Below are positions 10,601 to 23,907 of a stretch of 64,000 nucleotides of DNA, piece after piece. This stretch comes from Ptychomitrium polyphyllum (lineage: Eukaryota). The stretch's first letter is position 1; each line of letters opens with the position of its first letter. The stretch covers positions 16,988,001-17,052,000 of the forward strand of contig OZ316775.1 of NCBI GenBank assembly GCA_973851085.1, in the 5' to 3' direction. Both the position numbers and the translations under genes were made by a program. The notes under the pieces are model-generated. The model did no database searches. It saw nothing but the letters and a program-made list of their open reading frames with translations, and was not told where the DNA came from.

Positions 10601-13600
10601 CTCTTCAAGTGAGGTACGCAAGACTCACCTCCACCTTAATGGAGTCGATGCCCTCATCAACTATACTTGTAGTCGGCACACCAATTCCAAAGTTGCCATC
10701 CTCTAGTGGTGCAGCATTGTGTTTCATCCAGGATGCGACCCCCACAATGCATTCATAAATCTTTGGCAAAGTCTCCAAAGTGTCGTTTAGGATGTGGTCT
10801 GTTTAGGCATCTTAGACAAAATTCCTAACGCCCTAAACTACTCTAGACCTACCTACTTTGACACCCTCTTGGGATACACTCCCTAGTTAAGCTACACTGC
10901 CCTAACTCTTCCTCTCTGACTAGGCAAGACCTCAATGCTCCACCAAGTTGTCTTAGTTGCAAACCCAAGGTGGCATTTATTCCACGACTTGATCGCACGG
11001 GGGTAATGCCAAGTTCCGCCCAACCTGGATCGCACTATCAATTCTCAGAGATAAGTTCATGACTTCTATGTACTAACTTTTGTTAATTTGTAGGAGTGGT
11101 GTTTTTATAAGCACGTGCCATTACCCTGTCCTCGCCCGGACAAGCCCGAAACTAAGAGGTTTCATGGTTATGACCATTCCTCCTCCAAGCCTTGGTCCCC
11201 ATTACTCGGCCTTTCCAACTTGCTTTCACATGTCTATTCCCCCTCTTCTACCAACTTAGCACAAGCACAAGACTAAGACGTCATCTTATACTCGTCTCAT
11301 TGCACACACAAAAGTTGAACTTTATTGCCATGAGCCAAGGAACCAATACATGATGTGAAGAACTTATAACTGCAAGCAACTCTCTCCCTACTAAAAGAAA
11401 TTGATGTCCTCATCAATGCCGACATTGTCTTTTGTTGGAGTTCCTATCCCTTTCAAAGCGTTCCACCACTTCATTGGCATGTCCCAAGTCCTTGGCTGCT
11501 ACCCAAGTTGCTTCCTTTTCATGGTACCTTCTCCACTTCACCAAATACTCTTTTCCTACTTTCTTGTGGTGCCTACACTTGAGAATTTCTTCTGCTTCGT
11601 ATTCCAAGTGGTCGCCCACCAATTCCGGCGGTGGCCAAATCACTTGTTTGCGATTGGACCACAAGGTATCTTTTTTGAATGGCTTAAGGAGTGAGATATG
11701 AAATGTTGGGTGCACTTTGATTTTGGGTGGTAGCTCCAACTTCTACACATCTTTAAACATCCACTCCACAATGGAAAACAGCCCCGCAAACTTGGACATG
11801 AACTTTGGAGTGAGGCCTTTGGGCAAGCTAAAGTTCTTGACATTTAACAACACCTTTTGGCCTACTTCATACTTCACTTCACGTCTTCCGGCATTGATTT
11901 GTTTCTTGTACCGCTTTTGAGCCTTTTCCAACAAAAGTTTGGTCTTCTCCAACATCCGTTCCTGCTTTTTGGCCAAGTCCTCACCATCTTGGTTAAATTG
12001 TAGTGTTGAATGTGCCCCTTCGAGAGCTAAGTTGACAGGCTAGAGTGGCTCCACTCCATAAGCCACCTTAAATGGCGGCTGCTTTGTCGCCGAATGATTG
12101 GCCGCATTGTAACTGAATTCCGCTAGGCTCACATAATCCACCCAATTGCACTAGTCCGCACTCACAAAGTTCCTCAAGTATTGGTTCAACACTCCGTTCA
12201 CTCGTTCCGTTTGCCCATCGGCTTGAGGATGGAAGGCAGTGCTAAACGTCAATTTGGTTTCAACTTTCCTAAAGAAATGTTTCCAAAAAGCACTAGTGAA
12301 TTTTGGATCTCGGTTCGACACAATCACTCTCGGCAACCTGTGATGTTTCCACCATGCATCGAGGAATAGCTTTGCGGTCTCATGTGCAGTTACGGTTCCT
12401 CTAGTTGGCACCATGTGTGCCAACTTGCTAAAGCGATCTACCATCACAAAGATGGCATCATGCCCTTGCGATTCCGGAAGACTTGTGATGAAGTCTATGG
12501 ACATGCTATGCCACGGACCCGGCGGAGTTGGCAAAGGTTGTAGTAGACCGGCTTGCTTTTGATAAGAGGCCCTATTAAGTTGGCACTTCACACGAGTTTT
12601 CACAAAGTCGGCAATCTCCGCTTTCATGCCCGGCCAAAAGTACCTTCTTGACACCGTCGCTATGGTGGTTTTTTCCCCTCTATGGCCGGCTATGGAACTA
12701 TCATGTTCTTCTTTCAAAACCAACAACCGTAATATTCCTTGAGGCTTATACACCCGACTTTGTTTGTACTTGAGCAATCCCTTCTCCAACTTAATTTCCT
12801 TAAGTTTCTTACCCTTCTTAAGCTCACCAAGAAGCCTTTGTGCTTTGGAATCCTTCATGTACCCCTCTCTTATCTTCCTTTCCAAATTGCTCTCCCTTGT
12901 ACATTATTTGCAGGACTTGGGTTGTGCCCATCGCTTGCAACTCCTCCCGCCTACTTAGAGCATCCGGCACTATATTGTCACGCCCCGGCTTGTGGATCAA
13001 ATCCACATTCATGAGTGCCAAGGTGTCATGACACCTCAATTGCCTTGCACTCATTTGTGCTTGTGACTCAAAGTACTTCAAGGACACATTGTCCGTGTAG
13101 ACTTTGGTTTTATGTAGGCCCAAGTAGTGCCACCATGTTTTCAAACAATGCACTACGGCAAAGAGTTCTTTCTCATGCATGGGCCACCTCTTTTGGCACC
13201 CATTCAACTTCATGCTCTCATAGGCAATTGGCATGCCTTCTTGCATGACCACTCCGCCAATGGCAAAGTCACTTGCATCCGTGTGGACCTCAAGGGCTTT
13301 TCAAACTCTGGAAACTTCAATACCGGCGATTGTGACAACTTGTCCTTCAGTTCTTGAAAAGCTTGGTGACAAAATCCATCCCATACTTGGCTAGCTCTTT
13401 TCTTCAGCAAGTCGGATAAAGGTCTAGCAATTTTGGAGAAGTTGCATATGAACCTCCTATAATTATTTGCTAGGCCGAGAAATGATCTCAGCCTCTTTTG
13501 TGTAGAAGTTTGTTTCCACTCTCTAATTGCCTTTATCTTCCTTATGTCTGGCTTGATTCCATCATCCGTCACTATATGGCCCAAGAACTCAATCTCAAGT

Positions 13601-15360
13601 TGAGCAAACTCACTCTTTTTTCCGTTGGCATAAAGTTTGTGGTCCCTAAGTTTTTGAAGCACCACTTCGAGGTGCCTTGCATGTTCTTCCGCCAACTTGG
13701 AGTACACCAAGATGTCATCAATATACACAATGACAAAGTCATCCATCTCTTCTCGAAAGATGGTGTTCATGAGGGTCATGAACATTGAAGGAGCATTACA
13801 CAACCCAAATGGCATCACCAAAAATTCATAGGATCCATACCTAGTGCGGCATGCGGTCTTTTGCACATCTTCATCCGCAATGCAGATTTGATAGTAGCCC
13901 AACTTCAAGTCTATCCGACTAAAGTATTTAGCTCCCGCCAATCTATCAAAGAGATCATCAATCCGAGGCAAAGGATAGTTGTTCTTGATGGTGGCTTTAT
14001 TTAAGGCTCTATAGTCCACACACATGTAGAGCTTGCCATCATTTTTGTCCACGAAGAAGACCACTGCTCCATATGGCAACTTACTTGGCCTAATATAGCC
14101 TCTTCCCAACAAGTCATTCAGTTGCTTCTTCAACTCTTCTAGCTCTTTTTGGTTCGACTGGTATGGAGCCTTTGAAGGGGGCTCCATTCCCAATATCACT
14201 TCAATTTTGTGATCCACTTCTCTTCTTGGCGGTAACTCTGCGGGCAGCTCATTGGTGAGCACATCCTTGTAACCACTTAGTACATTTTGAATGCACTTGG
14301 GAATAGATCTTACCTCCTCGGCACTTGGCCTATTCCCCTCTTCTTGCTCCATTTGCATCACAACCACAAATTGGTTATTCTCTAATTGATCTGAGGAGAC
14401 TAAGTTCAACTTTCCTCCCGCAACCATACGAGTCCTTGTCAACTTTAATATTGCCTCCTTCCCACCACGGCGCACTACTAACCGTGCTGGCTTTTGCTTC
14501 ACATCCACCACATGAGTTTCAAAAAAGGTATCACCTAAAATGAGGTCTACTTCATCCATCTCTCATAGTGTAAAACTTTCCTTCAACTTCAGTGTTCCAC
14601 TGCTTAAGGCCACATCCAACACCACCTCCTTCGTCTCATACGGTTTGCCTTTTGCAAATTGCACGTTGATGGGCTTGCTAGCTTTTTTGAGCCGACAAGC
14701 CCAACTCCCTTGCTAGTTTGGGACTCATGAAGGAGTGCATTGCCCGTGTGTCAATCAAACATGAGACATTTTTGCCATTTATTTGGGCCCCAAGGTGTAA
14801 GAGACTCGACCTTGGCTTAAGGCTACTAGCCTTGGCTATGAATCCACCTTCTAAAATGTGATCCACAACACAAGTGTGACATGCTTTGGTACTCACCTTT
14901 TTATCAAGGCACTCGGCAATGAAGTGACCAATCTTGCCACACCCGTGGCAACGCATGTGTTTCACCTCAGCACCCTTATTTCACAATTTGAATGGACTTT
15001 TCTCATGGTGGTTCACTTTGTTGTAGGCCCATCCATCTACTTGTTCCTTGTGTTTGTTTCAAAGCCATATTTCTTGCGTTCTCCGCCGCGAGATACATTT
15101 CGGTTCAATCCACTTTGTTGAGAGGGACCACTTAATTTTCTTTCGGATCCATCGGCTTCAATTCTTTCCGCAATCTTAATAGTTTTTGCCACGTCTTCAT
15201 GAAGCTTTGGGAATTTGAACAAGGCGTCTACCATCCACTTTTGTAGCCTATCTAAAAAGGTGCATTTCTTTGAAAACTCATCCATTTTGAATGTGGCATT
15301 CATTTGGGCGTTGAAATCTTGCACATAAGCCTTGAGCGACCCGGTGTGCCTCATTTTCAC
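9481..15360 (-). mobile_element. 5'-truncated Ty3/gypsy chromovirus, family B
   Basis: gag core (15037-15369), CHGCGKIGHFIAEC knuckle, protease LIDT, RT YIDDILV (13210-14559), RNase H, integrase (12151-12885), chromodomain EYEAEEIL..EYLVKW (11413-11739), ~800-bp 3' region, LTR 9481-10600. Confidence 0.92.
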
Positions 15361-15369
15361 CAAGTTCAT
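11413..15369 (-). pseudogene. gag-pol of family B, disrupted
   Basis: Successive ORF fragments carry gag, PR, RT, RH, INT and chromodomain motifs, separated by stops and frameshifts. Confidence 0.9.
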
Positions 15370-15421
15370 TAATTTGCATCAAATTCATTAATTTGCACCA
15401 AGTTTATTAATTTGCATCAAG
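15361..15421. repeat. 19-bp tandem triplication at a rearrangement junction
   Basis: CAAGTTCATTAATTTGCAT / CAAATTCATTAATTTGCAC / CAAGTTTATTAATTTGCAT. Confidence 0.85.
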
Positions 15422-16108
15422 ATTAAATCCTAGATTAGAATATTTCAGCAATAGAAGTCTTGACTAGCCGTCATTGGTGCTTCTTGCAAGGACCAATTTA
15501 ACCAATGGGCAAAGAACATTGAACAAAATATGTTGCTTCTCTTCTTCGACAAATTTTGGAATTTGTGAAGATGTGAGAAGCAAGCCACAAGAACCGCTCC
15601 TCATAGAACTTGTCGTTGAAAGGGGAGGTGATGTCACAAACATAGATTATGCAACATAGTCTTTAGAATCTTCTAGAATGTTTTGGTATATTATAGTAGC
15701 TTCTTAGATTACTTTCAATGTTTCCATAGCCATTTCTATCTCTTTGGAAAACTTCCTAGCATGCTTCTATGACCTTAGGAAACTTTTAGGAAAGGTTCCA
15801 ACTCACTAGAAGTTTTTTAGGAAGGTTGTACCATCTTTAGAACTTTCCATAGAAGGTTCCATAGATTTCTTGAACATTCTCATGTATTGTAGAAAGCTTC
15901 TTTAGAAGTATCCTGCGAGATATAAGTGTCATAGTATAAACAGGAGGCAAGACAAGATATACCTTAGTCTTGTCAATATAAGTTGTGGATCATTTTGTAT
16001 CATACCTTGCTCTAATTGTTGTATCAGTTATTATTAATCATTAGCTCTTTGGAAACTAATTCTTGGAAAATACTTTGTTTTAGCTTCATGTTTCTTGTGT
16101 CCTTAATG
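15418..16108 (+). mobile_element. Old family-A 3' remnant: ORF3 tail, PPT and degenerate LTR (15632-~16108)
   Basis: Homology to 8415-9201. AAAGGGGAGG-TGA-TGTCACAAACATAG at the PPT/LTR boundary. Confidence 0.85.
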
Positions 16109-19100
16109 TTAACAAATCATTATGTTTCATATCAAATTTTGAAAAATTGAAATGATTGTATTAAAATGATGAAGGTTTTGTATTTTGTAAGAATCATGAA
16201 AAGGATTGACATTAATTTGAAAACATGCTTAAAAATATAATTTTGAAATATGTGTTTTGTGGACAATAAAGAATATTTATGGTGTATGAAAGTAATCCAT
16301 TCTTACATATTTGATAAAAATATATATTTTATGGTATACATGCTAAACTTATTATTGCCAAAAAAACACTCAATTTCAAATCTAAGAAAGAAATTTAAGA
16401 TGGTGTAGAATTAGACTTAATAAACTTTTCATTTTATAATAAACTCAAAAAAAGAAAATACTATGGATTGTTTGGAATTGAGATTTAATAATAAAGAACC
16501 AAATATTCCAAATTACACTATATAATGTATAAACTTTACACTAATATCCTAAATAAGATTCTACAATATTCAAAAGTCTTATATTTTATACATATTTAAA
16601 AATCAATTATTTGTTTTCACTTAAAGATTTTTCTTTTAATTTTTTTTGGTATACGCATCAACTAAACTTAGCTACTGATTGATTCCAAAGTAGTAGCTAA
16701 CTATATTAAGGGTTAATTTCTATAGAATAAAATCATCTATTACCTCCTTTTTGCATAACTTGTAGGTAGCAAAAATCCAAAAATTGACATTTATCTTATC
16801 ATAAGACAGCAAACTCTTGTCATCTTTGATTTAGGCTTAGGAAACAATGGTGTTGAGATTAAGTGCAAATGAGAGTATAAAGTAGTAGTAATAGAAAGAA
16901 AAGTAAATTTTGTATTGACTTAGATAGAATAATATATATAATTTTATGTTTTCTTTTTCCTTAAGATATCTTGAATAATAATCCAAAAGGCTTGTCATTT
17001 TAGTAAAATAATTGATTTTAAGATTTATAAATTAATCAAAAATTCATCAACAAAAGATGATGGTATGTTGTTTTTTTTCATTACAAAATTATTAGCTTCA
17101 ATGCTAAAAAAACAATGTTTTATTCCCTTTTTTTATATATATTATTTGGAATGATACTTAATGCTTCAAAATCCTAATAGAAATTCTTTGGCTACAAAGT
17201 CAACAAAAATGGTTATAACTCTAGTTCAATAATGAATTAGGTTTTGAAGCACTAGATTTTAAATTTTCTTTAATGTTGCACTTATTCAATGCTACAAACT
17301 GTACTTGATTCCAATTGTTCTAAGTCCCTCAAATGCATGCGTGTGTAGTGGTGTTTTAGACCAAATACCTACTTATGCACATTATACCTTCAAATATATA
17401 GGTTATCCATTGTTCTTTGTCTCATACTTGGAATTGGCCTTTTCAAAAAATCATCCATCTTTGTAGCGTCCAATGTATGTGGGAATTTGAATGGATCCAT
17501 GATGTTTGTCAATATTATTTGTACATGATTTGGACAAGCACATATTCAATGCATGTTCAATGTATGTAATAGTTAAAAATTGATAATGGATTTTGCGCAA
17601 ATGTGATTCATAAGTGTCATATGTCATTAGAATATATGTAAGGCATAGTACATGAAAACTCATGGGTTGCATTTTAGAAAATTTGGTAATAAAATCAATT
17701 TGTTGCCAAGTAGGCATTTTCCTCAAGAGTAAGATATGAAGTCCATACTCAAGTTACAAACACACATTATGAGATTTCAATAGCTTGATTGGATGTTCAT
17801 GACTTTTTCTACATATGTGGAATGTTGTAATAGAATTATCTCTTGAGTAAAACACACTTTAGGGAGATTCAAGGTTTTAAACTTCTTAATGACAAGCAAA
17901 GATTATAGATGGTCCTCCTTGATCCATTAAAAGATATAATGAAATGCATTTTTACTTCTTTTAGTGGTAAAAATGACTTTTAGAATTGGATTTTGAAAAC
18001 TTTTACCTTTGAGGATTACCTAATGAATAACTCTTTTTGACTCTCAAACTGAACAATTTCATACCAGAATTCTGGGTCTTCTGGTTGGCAACATCGGGCA
18101 ATGTCAATAATTAATAAAATTCAAGTTTTTTACAAGACGTGGTCTGTGCTCCAAAGAATTAAAAGCTGGTGTGAACTGTTGTTAGAATAGCTTTTTTTAC
18201 CTGGGAACAACGATGATTCCTCAGATCTTTGTACCGATTCCTGAACGGTAAAATGTAAGGATTTCCATCTGAATCTAGAAAAGGTCTATTGTTGTTCCTC
18301 ACTGGACCTCGTACATATGCAAAATTGTTCATTTCTAAGGAGAGGCCAAGTTCATGAAACATTGACTTTGAGGGTTGAGTGATTGCTTAGGGTACGCTTC
18401 CATGCAGTGCCTATCCGCACTATTTACATTGTAGCACTCATCAGAGAGTAATGGAGAAGGTTGTGGAAATTGTAGGAGGACAACTTAATATAAATTATAA
18501 GAGATGATATTGAAAACTTACCATAAATATAGAAGAAATCCATTCATTCTTGTAGATTTATTATTTTCTTTAATAAAATTATTTAAATATTGTGGATATT
18601 GACCATTATTATGACAAAGAGGAAGCCAACTCAATTGGACGGAAGTAGTGTATATCTAGCAAAAATAGTGGATTAAGTGCAATATAGAAATTGATTCTAA
18701 AACCATGTCCAAGCAACACATCAAATTGTAAAAAGAATCTTTGTATTTATATGGAATTAGGACTTGAAAACACCACCATTGGAAACACATTCAGAATTTT
18801 TATTAAATAAGTTTAAAATGCGAAGTTTTGTTATCCAATGTCCAAATACAGAACTTTTGATGCCTCCTTTATGTGATTATTGAATGAACTTCCATTGCTG
18901 GATTTTTGTATAAAAGGAATTGTTTACACCTTGGTGTGTGCCTTGGCGATGCTTTAAGTAGATTCAGCAGACTTTCTAGTGATAGCTAGTACTGCCAACA
19001 TTCTCCAATTAGTCCAAAGGAAACACTGTATTGGATCACAGTCCTTGATATTGACAATTATTCATAGTAAAGAAGGTAAAAATAAGATGCATTGCATGTA

Positions 19101-22054
19101 GCTGATGACATAATCCTATGCCCCGCCATAGTAGCAATGTCTGGAATAATATCAATTGTAGGATATCTTAAATTTTCTGCTCATTTTAATATACTATATT
19201 GAATCATATTACATGCATCAGTAACAGTCCAAGAAGCATCCCAATTGATCCACACAATTCTGTGCAGACATATAGTTATAACACTGTAATTCAGTGCAAG
19301 ATGTCTAGGAGCTCACACCAAGGTTACTGAGCACAACCACGTATTTCCGCCTTCTTGAGTTTGCACTAGACAAATATGCTTCCAATAAGACTGTGCTCTG
19401 AATTGAAATTCAACTATATTGAACAACACTTCAAAAAGGCTCAAACTAATTATCTAGTACTCAACTAACAAAACAGGGACAGAACTTGGGAGTTGAGAAG
19501 ACCCAGACTACACCAAACTGTGAAGAAAGGATATTTATATTTGCGTGAAACTAAGAATACCACCATTGAAAACAAATTCAAGTACCATTTAAAATGACTT
19601 TTTAAAATATCTATATTTAGTATACTTAATTTGTAAGCATGCTGATGTGTGGAACTTGAAAAGTTTCATCAGTTTTTTGGAATGAAGCTAATCCATGAAA
19701 TCATTCAAATTTTCCAAGTCACTTCTTCTCAGCTCCAAAATTTTATGGCATTCTCCAACTCTAAATGATAGCATATTGGTAATGAATGTACTTTGTTTTT
19801 CAAAATTGGAATCTTTGTGTTGATTTATGTGATTTTTTGAATGTGCTTCCAATGGTGGTATTTTGAAAAGGGTTGCATATAAATAAAAAAACTCCTCCTT
19901 TACATCATAGTGTTTGTAGTGGAAATACATTGAGGGATACTTAACTAGTATAGTAGATTGTTCTTAAACTACTAAATTAAGAAACTATAGCTACTATGTA
20001 CAAGGCTATCTTTCAATAAAAGAAACAGTTTTAGAAAAAAGATTCCATAATAAATACAATATTTTTGACAATTTTATTTCAAGTATTGAGATTAAAACAA
20101 ATTTAAAGTGAATAACACTTCAAATCACAAAATTATCCAAATTATGTGCTACAAGTTCCTTCTCATGACAATACCTTAAATCACCACCTACTTCCTAACA
20201 TATCATTAACTAATTAACTCCCTTGAAAATTGAGCATTATAGTTTTGCGCCTTCCAGTTGGTGACTTCAAGAAAATCCTACAATGCAATTATGAAGGAGC
20301 TCGTGGTTCAAGTACAACCATCCATACTGAGCATCTACTGAAGCATTGAATACTTCACCAGTGTTAGCAGGAGCTTGACAAGTTCAAGGAAACATCGTGC
20401 ATAAATACCAGTCTTCCACATTTTCAATCATGACCATTTTGACAAGATAAAAAGGTAGGCTAGTAGGAATCACCAATTTTGTTGTTATCAGTAAGTCAAC
20501 ATCTCTCATCCTTCTCATCTTTTTCCAAGAGTATTTCCACCCTTGCGATACTTGAGTATCTACCAGTGATTTCTTAGGCTCTTTGTAGCCAGTTTGCTAC
20601 AATGATTTTATATAGTTGGAAAGAAAGAAGCTAAATCTTTATTGAAAAACTAATACCATCATGGTGCTACGAACTATCACCAACTATCACTTAAGTATCA
20701 CATGAGTAAGAGGAAAAAAGGGTGGCTACATATCAAAAAATATACGAACTGCTTAGAAGGTTTGACTGCTCTAAAGGCTCATGGCTAACAGCATTTATAA
20801 GGGCAGCACTCTAAACAGCCTACTCAGCTGTGCACAGAGCTAGCTCTATTAAGTGCAACCATCATCACTGTCTTACTCTGTACTCTCCACAGTATCCATG
20901 CACCAGGATTCGATCCCAATTTCATAACTATATTCAGTTCATGTTATCGCTAAGTATATGTTTCACTTTGCAGTTGATGGGAATTGAACTGTAAAATGAT
21001 ATGTCAGTGCTGCAGGTATTCCCCACATGCACGCGCGCAAACACACAAACCCATAATGCCAGTGTGTACCAATTCAGAAAAGTTTTATTGATTATCCAAC
21101 CAAATGCTAACAGGTTGAATGGCAGCAGAAGAGGTTCAAAGACACAAAATTTCAGACACGAGCCCCTACAAATCATTCACGCAGGGGTAGGCAGAATACT
21201 CTAGATATCAGCATCACGTTCAGTAGCCGGCCAGCTCAACTTCAACCACAATAATAGCCTAACTCAAACATAGCCTAGAAAGTTTTCGCTGCTCAGATCT
21301 CTGTACTGTCCACAGAATTCATGCTCAAGGATTTAATCCAACTCAAATCTGTTCTTTAGGAAGGTACATGTTATCGCAGTGCACATGCTTCTCAGTGAAT
21401 CGGATCTAAACTGCGAAAAGACATGCCTGTGCAGCAGGTTTTGTTGCACCGAATTCAAAGACGAATCATTCCGTCTACTTCCTGAAAAGCCACAACAGAA
21501 TCATGTACCAACCAGCACACAAACCAATGCTAGAACAAACACAGAATGTCGACTATAGTCCAACCGAATGTAACACTCCACGGCAACAGAAACATACTCA
21601 AGCCACAAGAACCTCTACGAATCAATCACTTCGGGGTAGAAAGAATAGTCTAGATGTTGGGATCACGTCGACAAAGCTCAATCCAGTCCAGCTAATGTGA
21701 TCGACGCGAATCGAACTTGAACACTAATACAGTAGAAAACCAAAAGGACATAGGATTGCCATTATTGATTGGACTTTCACATCCGCTCCAACATAAATTC
21801 CAAGAGCAAAGCTACTATCATACTACTTACTACTCCCGCTTTCAAATTCATGGTTTTTTCTACACCTGCACTCACTCCTTGATTTTATTGTGAAGCCAAT
21901 GATCGTCTACTAATTTTCCTACTCTAATAAAAATAGCCAACACATGAATCGGTGCTCACTATCTCGATCGTATCAAAATTTAAAACTTCGTATCAACATC
22001 ACTTCAATGCCGAAGAATCAATCAATCCATTACCTGCAGAAATCAAAGCCAGAA

Positions 22055-23907
22055 TCACTGGACTTGCAACCAGATACCGTAGCTAGGAATTCCCTGATGC
22101 AGAGCATGGAGCATGTACCATGAAGATGGAGCCACGTTCGGATTCAACGGACCGTTTCCAGTGACGCTGTAAACATTGTTGAGCTGCAACACGGGAGCGG
22201 CGACAACAAGCTTCACTTGACGTTGGCCTTGCGAGTAGGAATGAGTTGTGAACGGTGAATTGGTGAGGATGAGGCCAATCATTCCCTGCACAGGCGATGG
22301 AATGGAGACTTGGACAGTGAAGGGCGCGCCATAGTTGATGGCGGTTGGATTCGCAACGAACTGTGGCTTGACGTTGCTGTGGAGGGGATCAGTATAGGAG
22401 GGTTGAAAGGCTTCGACGCGGAGCTCGGTGGGAAACTCACCGACGAATGTGTAGTGGATGTGGCAGTTGGAGCCGGCGACTAAGACGCGTCCGTCAGGGA
22501 GGAGATTCGCGGTTGAGTGATACATGCGAGGGATGGCGGTGGCGGGTTGTACTTCGAATGTCCATGCGTCGGGATCGTAGATCACAGGGTTTAGGACAGG
22601 GTTCGACGCCGCCGTGTCCCACCCTTGAGCTCCGTTTTGAGCGCCGTTGATGATCAAAATCTGCAGTATCATAATATGTTCGCAAAACATTCAGTATTTG
22701 TGCCGATTGTGATCACAAAATCCAACTTTTCAGCTGAATTAGATACAAGATGAGATCAATAATTGCGACTGATCAATCGTCACCTGGCTATTTGGGAGCA
22801 TGACCATGTCGCCCATGTTGCGGCGAACGGGCATGTCCTGCATCATCCAGCCAGGATTCACGTCTAGAGGCTTCAATCTTCCGCACGTTTGCGAGGCGGG
22901 GAACTGTGCGGAGGTGTTGCCAGGAGCCATGATGCTAGCGCCTCCACAGATCATGATCTCGGGAGCGCTAGTGCCGCCGCTATCGAGCGCGAGCATAACG
23001 CTGGAGCCCGCACAGGGGTAGTTCCGAGGCTCGCCAGGGATGGTGGGGAATGTTTTGACGACCGTGTTGGAGTTGTAGTCCAGGATGCACGAGTCGCGGT
23101 TGGCGAAGATGTAGAGCGTGCCGTCGGGGAGGAGGTGAATGAACGGGTACCAATCAAAGTAGTTCTTGGTTTCCAAAAGGGGGAGGTTGAAGAGACCCAT
23201 GCCGTTGCTGGGGATGAACTCGTAGGAAGGTGAGTATTGCCCTCCAAGCACGAACATGCGGCCATCCGGGAGCAGCTGGTTGGATGCGTACCACCGACCT
23301 GCTTGCAGCAGGTCAGTGGAGGATTCCACCCAGTCGCAAGATCCATCAGAGCCGCAAGGCGCGATCCACCTGCACTAGTGATGGCACGAAATTTAGGGTT
23401 GAAGTCGAGAAACATGGGACACAAGGAAACAGGGGAAGACGAGGGGAAAGGCGTGACGGACCTAACTCGTTTGACACCGTCATTGTAGCCGCCTGTTTGC
23501 ATTAACGTGCCATTTGGGAGGAACTGCCCAGAACTGCACCAAGTATCCGTCTGCACTAGCAACGGGCGCACTGAGTTGTCCGCGGGGTTGAACATGAGCG
23601 AGTGAGAAGTGCAGTCGTGCTGCGAGCTCATGTCGCGCTGGTTGTCGCGGCAAACTCCGTTGGCAAGGTTAATGAGGGACGGGCCGATGTCAGTTCTGTC
23701 TAAGAACAGCACCTGGCCCGTGTGCGTCACTGCCGTATGCATGCTCGCGATTCCTACATTTTGGTGCAATAGCGCCCACGTTGCCTTTGCCCCTTGAGCT
23801 GTTACCGCCTGCCCTGCGCTGCTCTGCGCCATTCCCAACACCATTATCACCACTATCACCATTGCTACTCGCATCTCCCCCGCCATTGCTTTCATCTTCG
23901 AGCTCAT
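22055..23907 (-). CDS. Glyoxal oxidase / aldehyde oxidase GLOX-like copper-radical oxidase, secreted; exons 23907-23462, 23369-22784, 22660-22055 (545 aa)
   Basis: Hydrophobic signal peptide; GIASMH, TDTWCSSG, RWYASNQLLPDGR, PRNYP, PRMYHS and FTTHS motifs supply the Cys/Tyr cofactor and Tyr/His/His copper ligands. Two GT-AG introns give a continuous frame (446+586+606 nt). Possible 5'UTR intron at 23942-24169. Confidence 0.93.

Noticed and set aside
20900..20920. GGATTCGATCCC resembling a tRNA T-arm
   Set aside because: No acceptor stem, D-arm or anticodon arm could be built around it.
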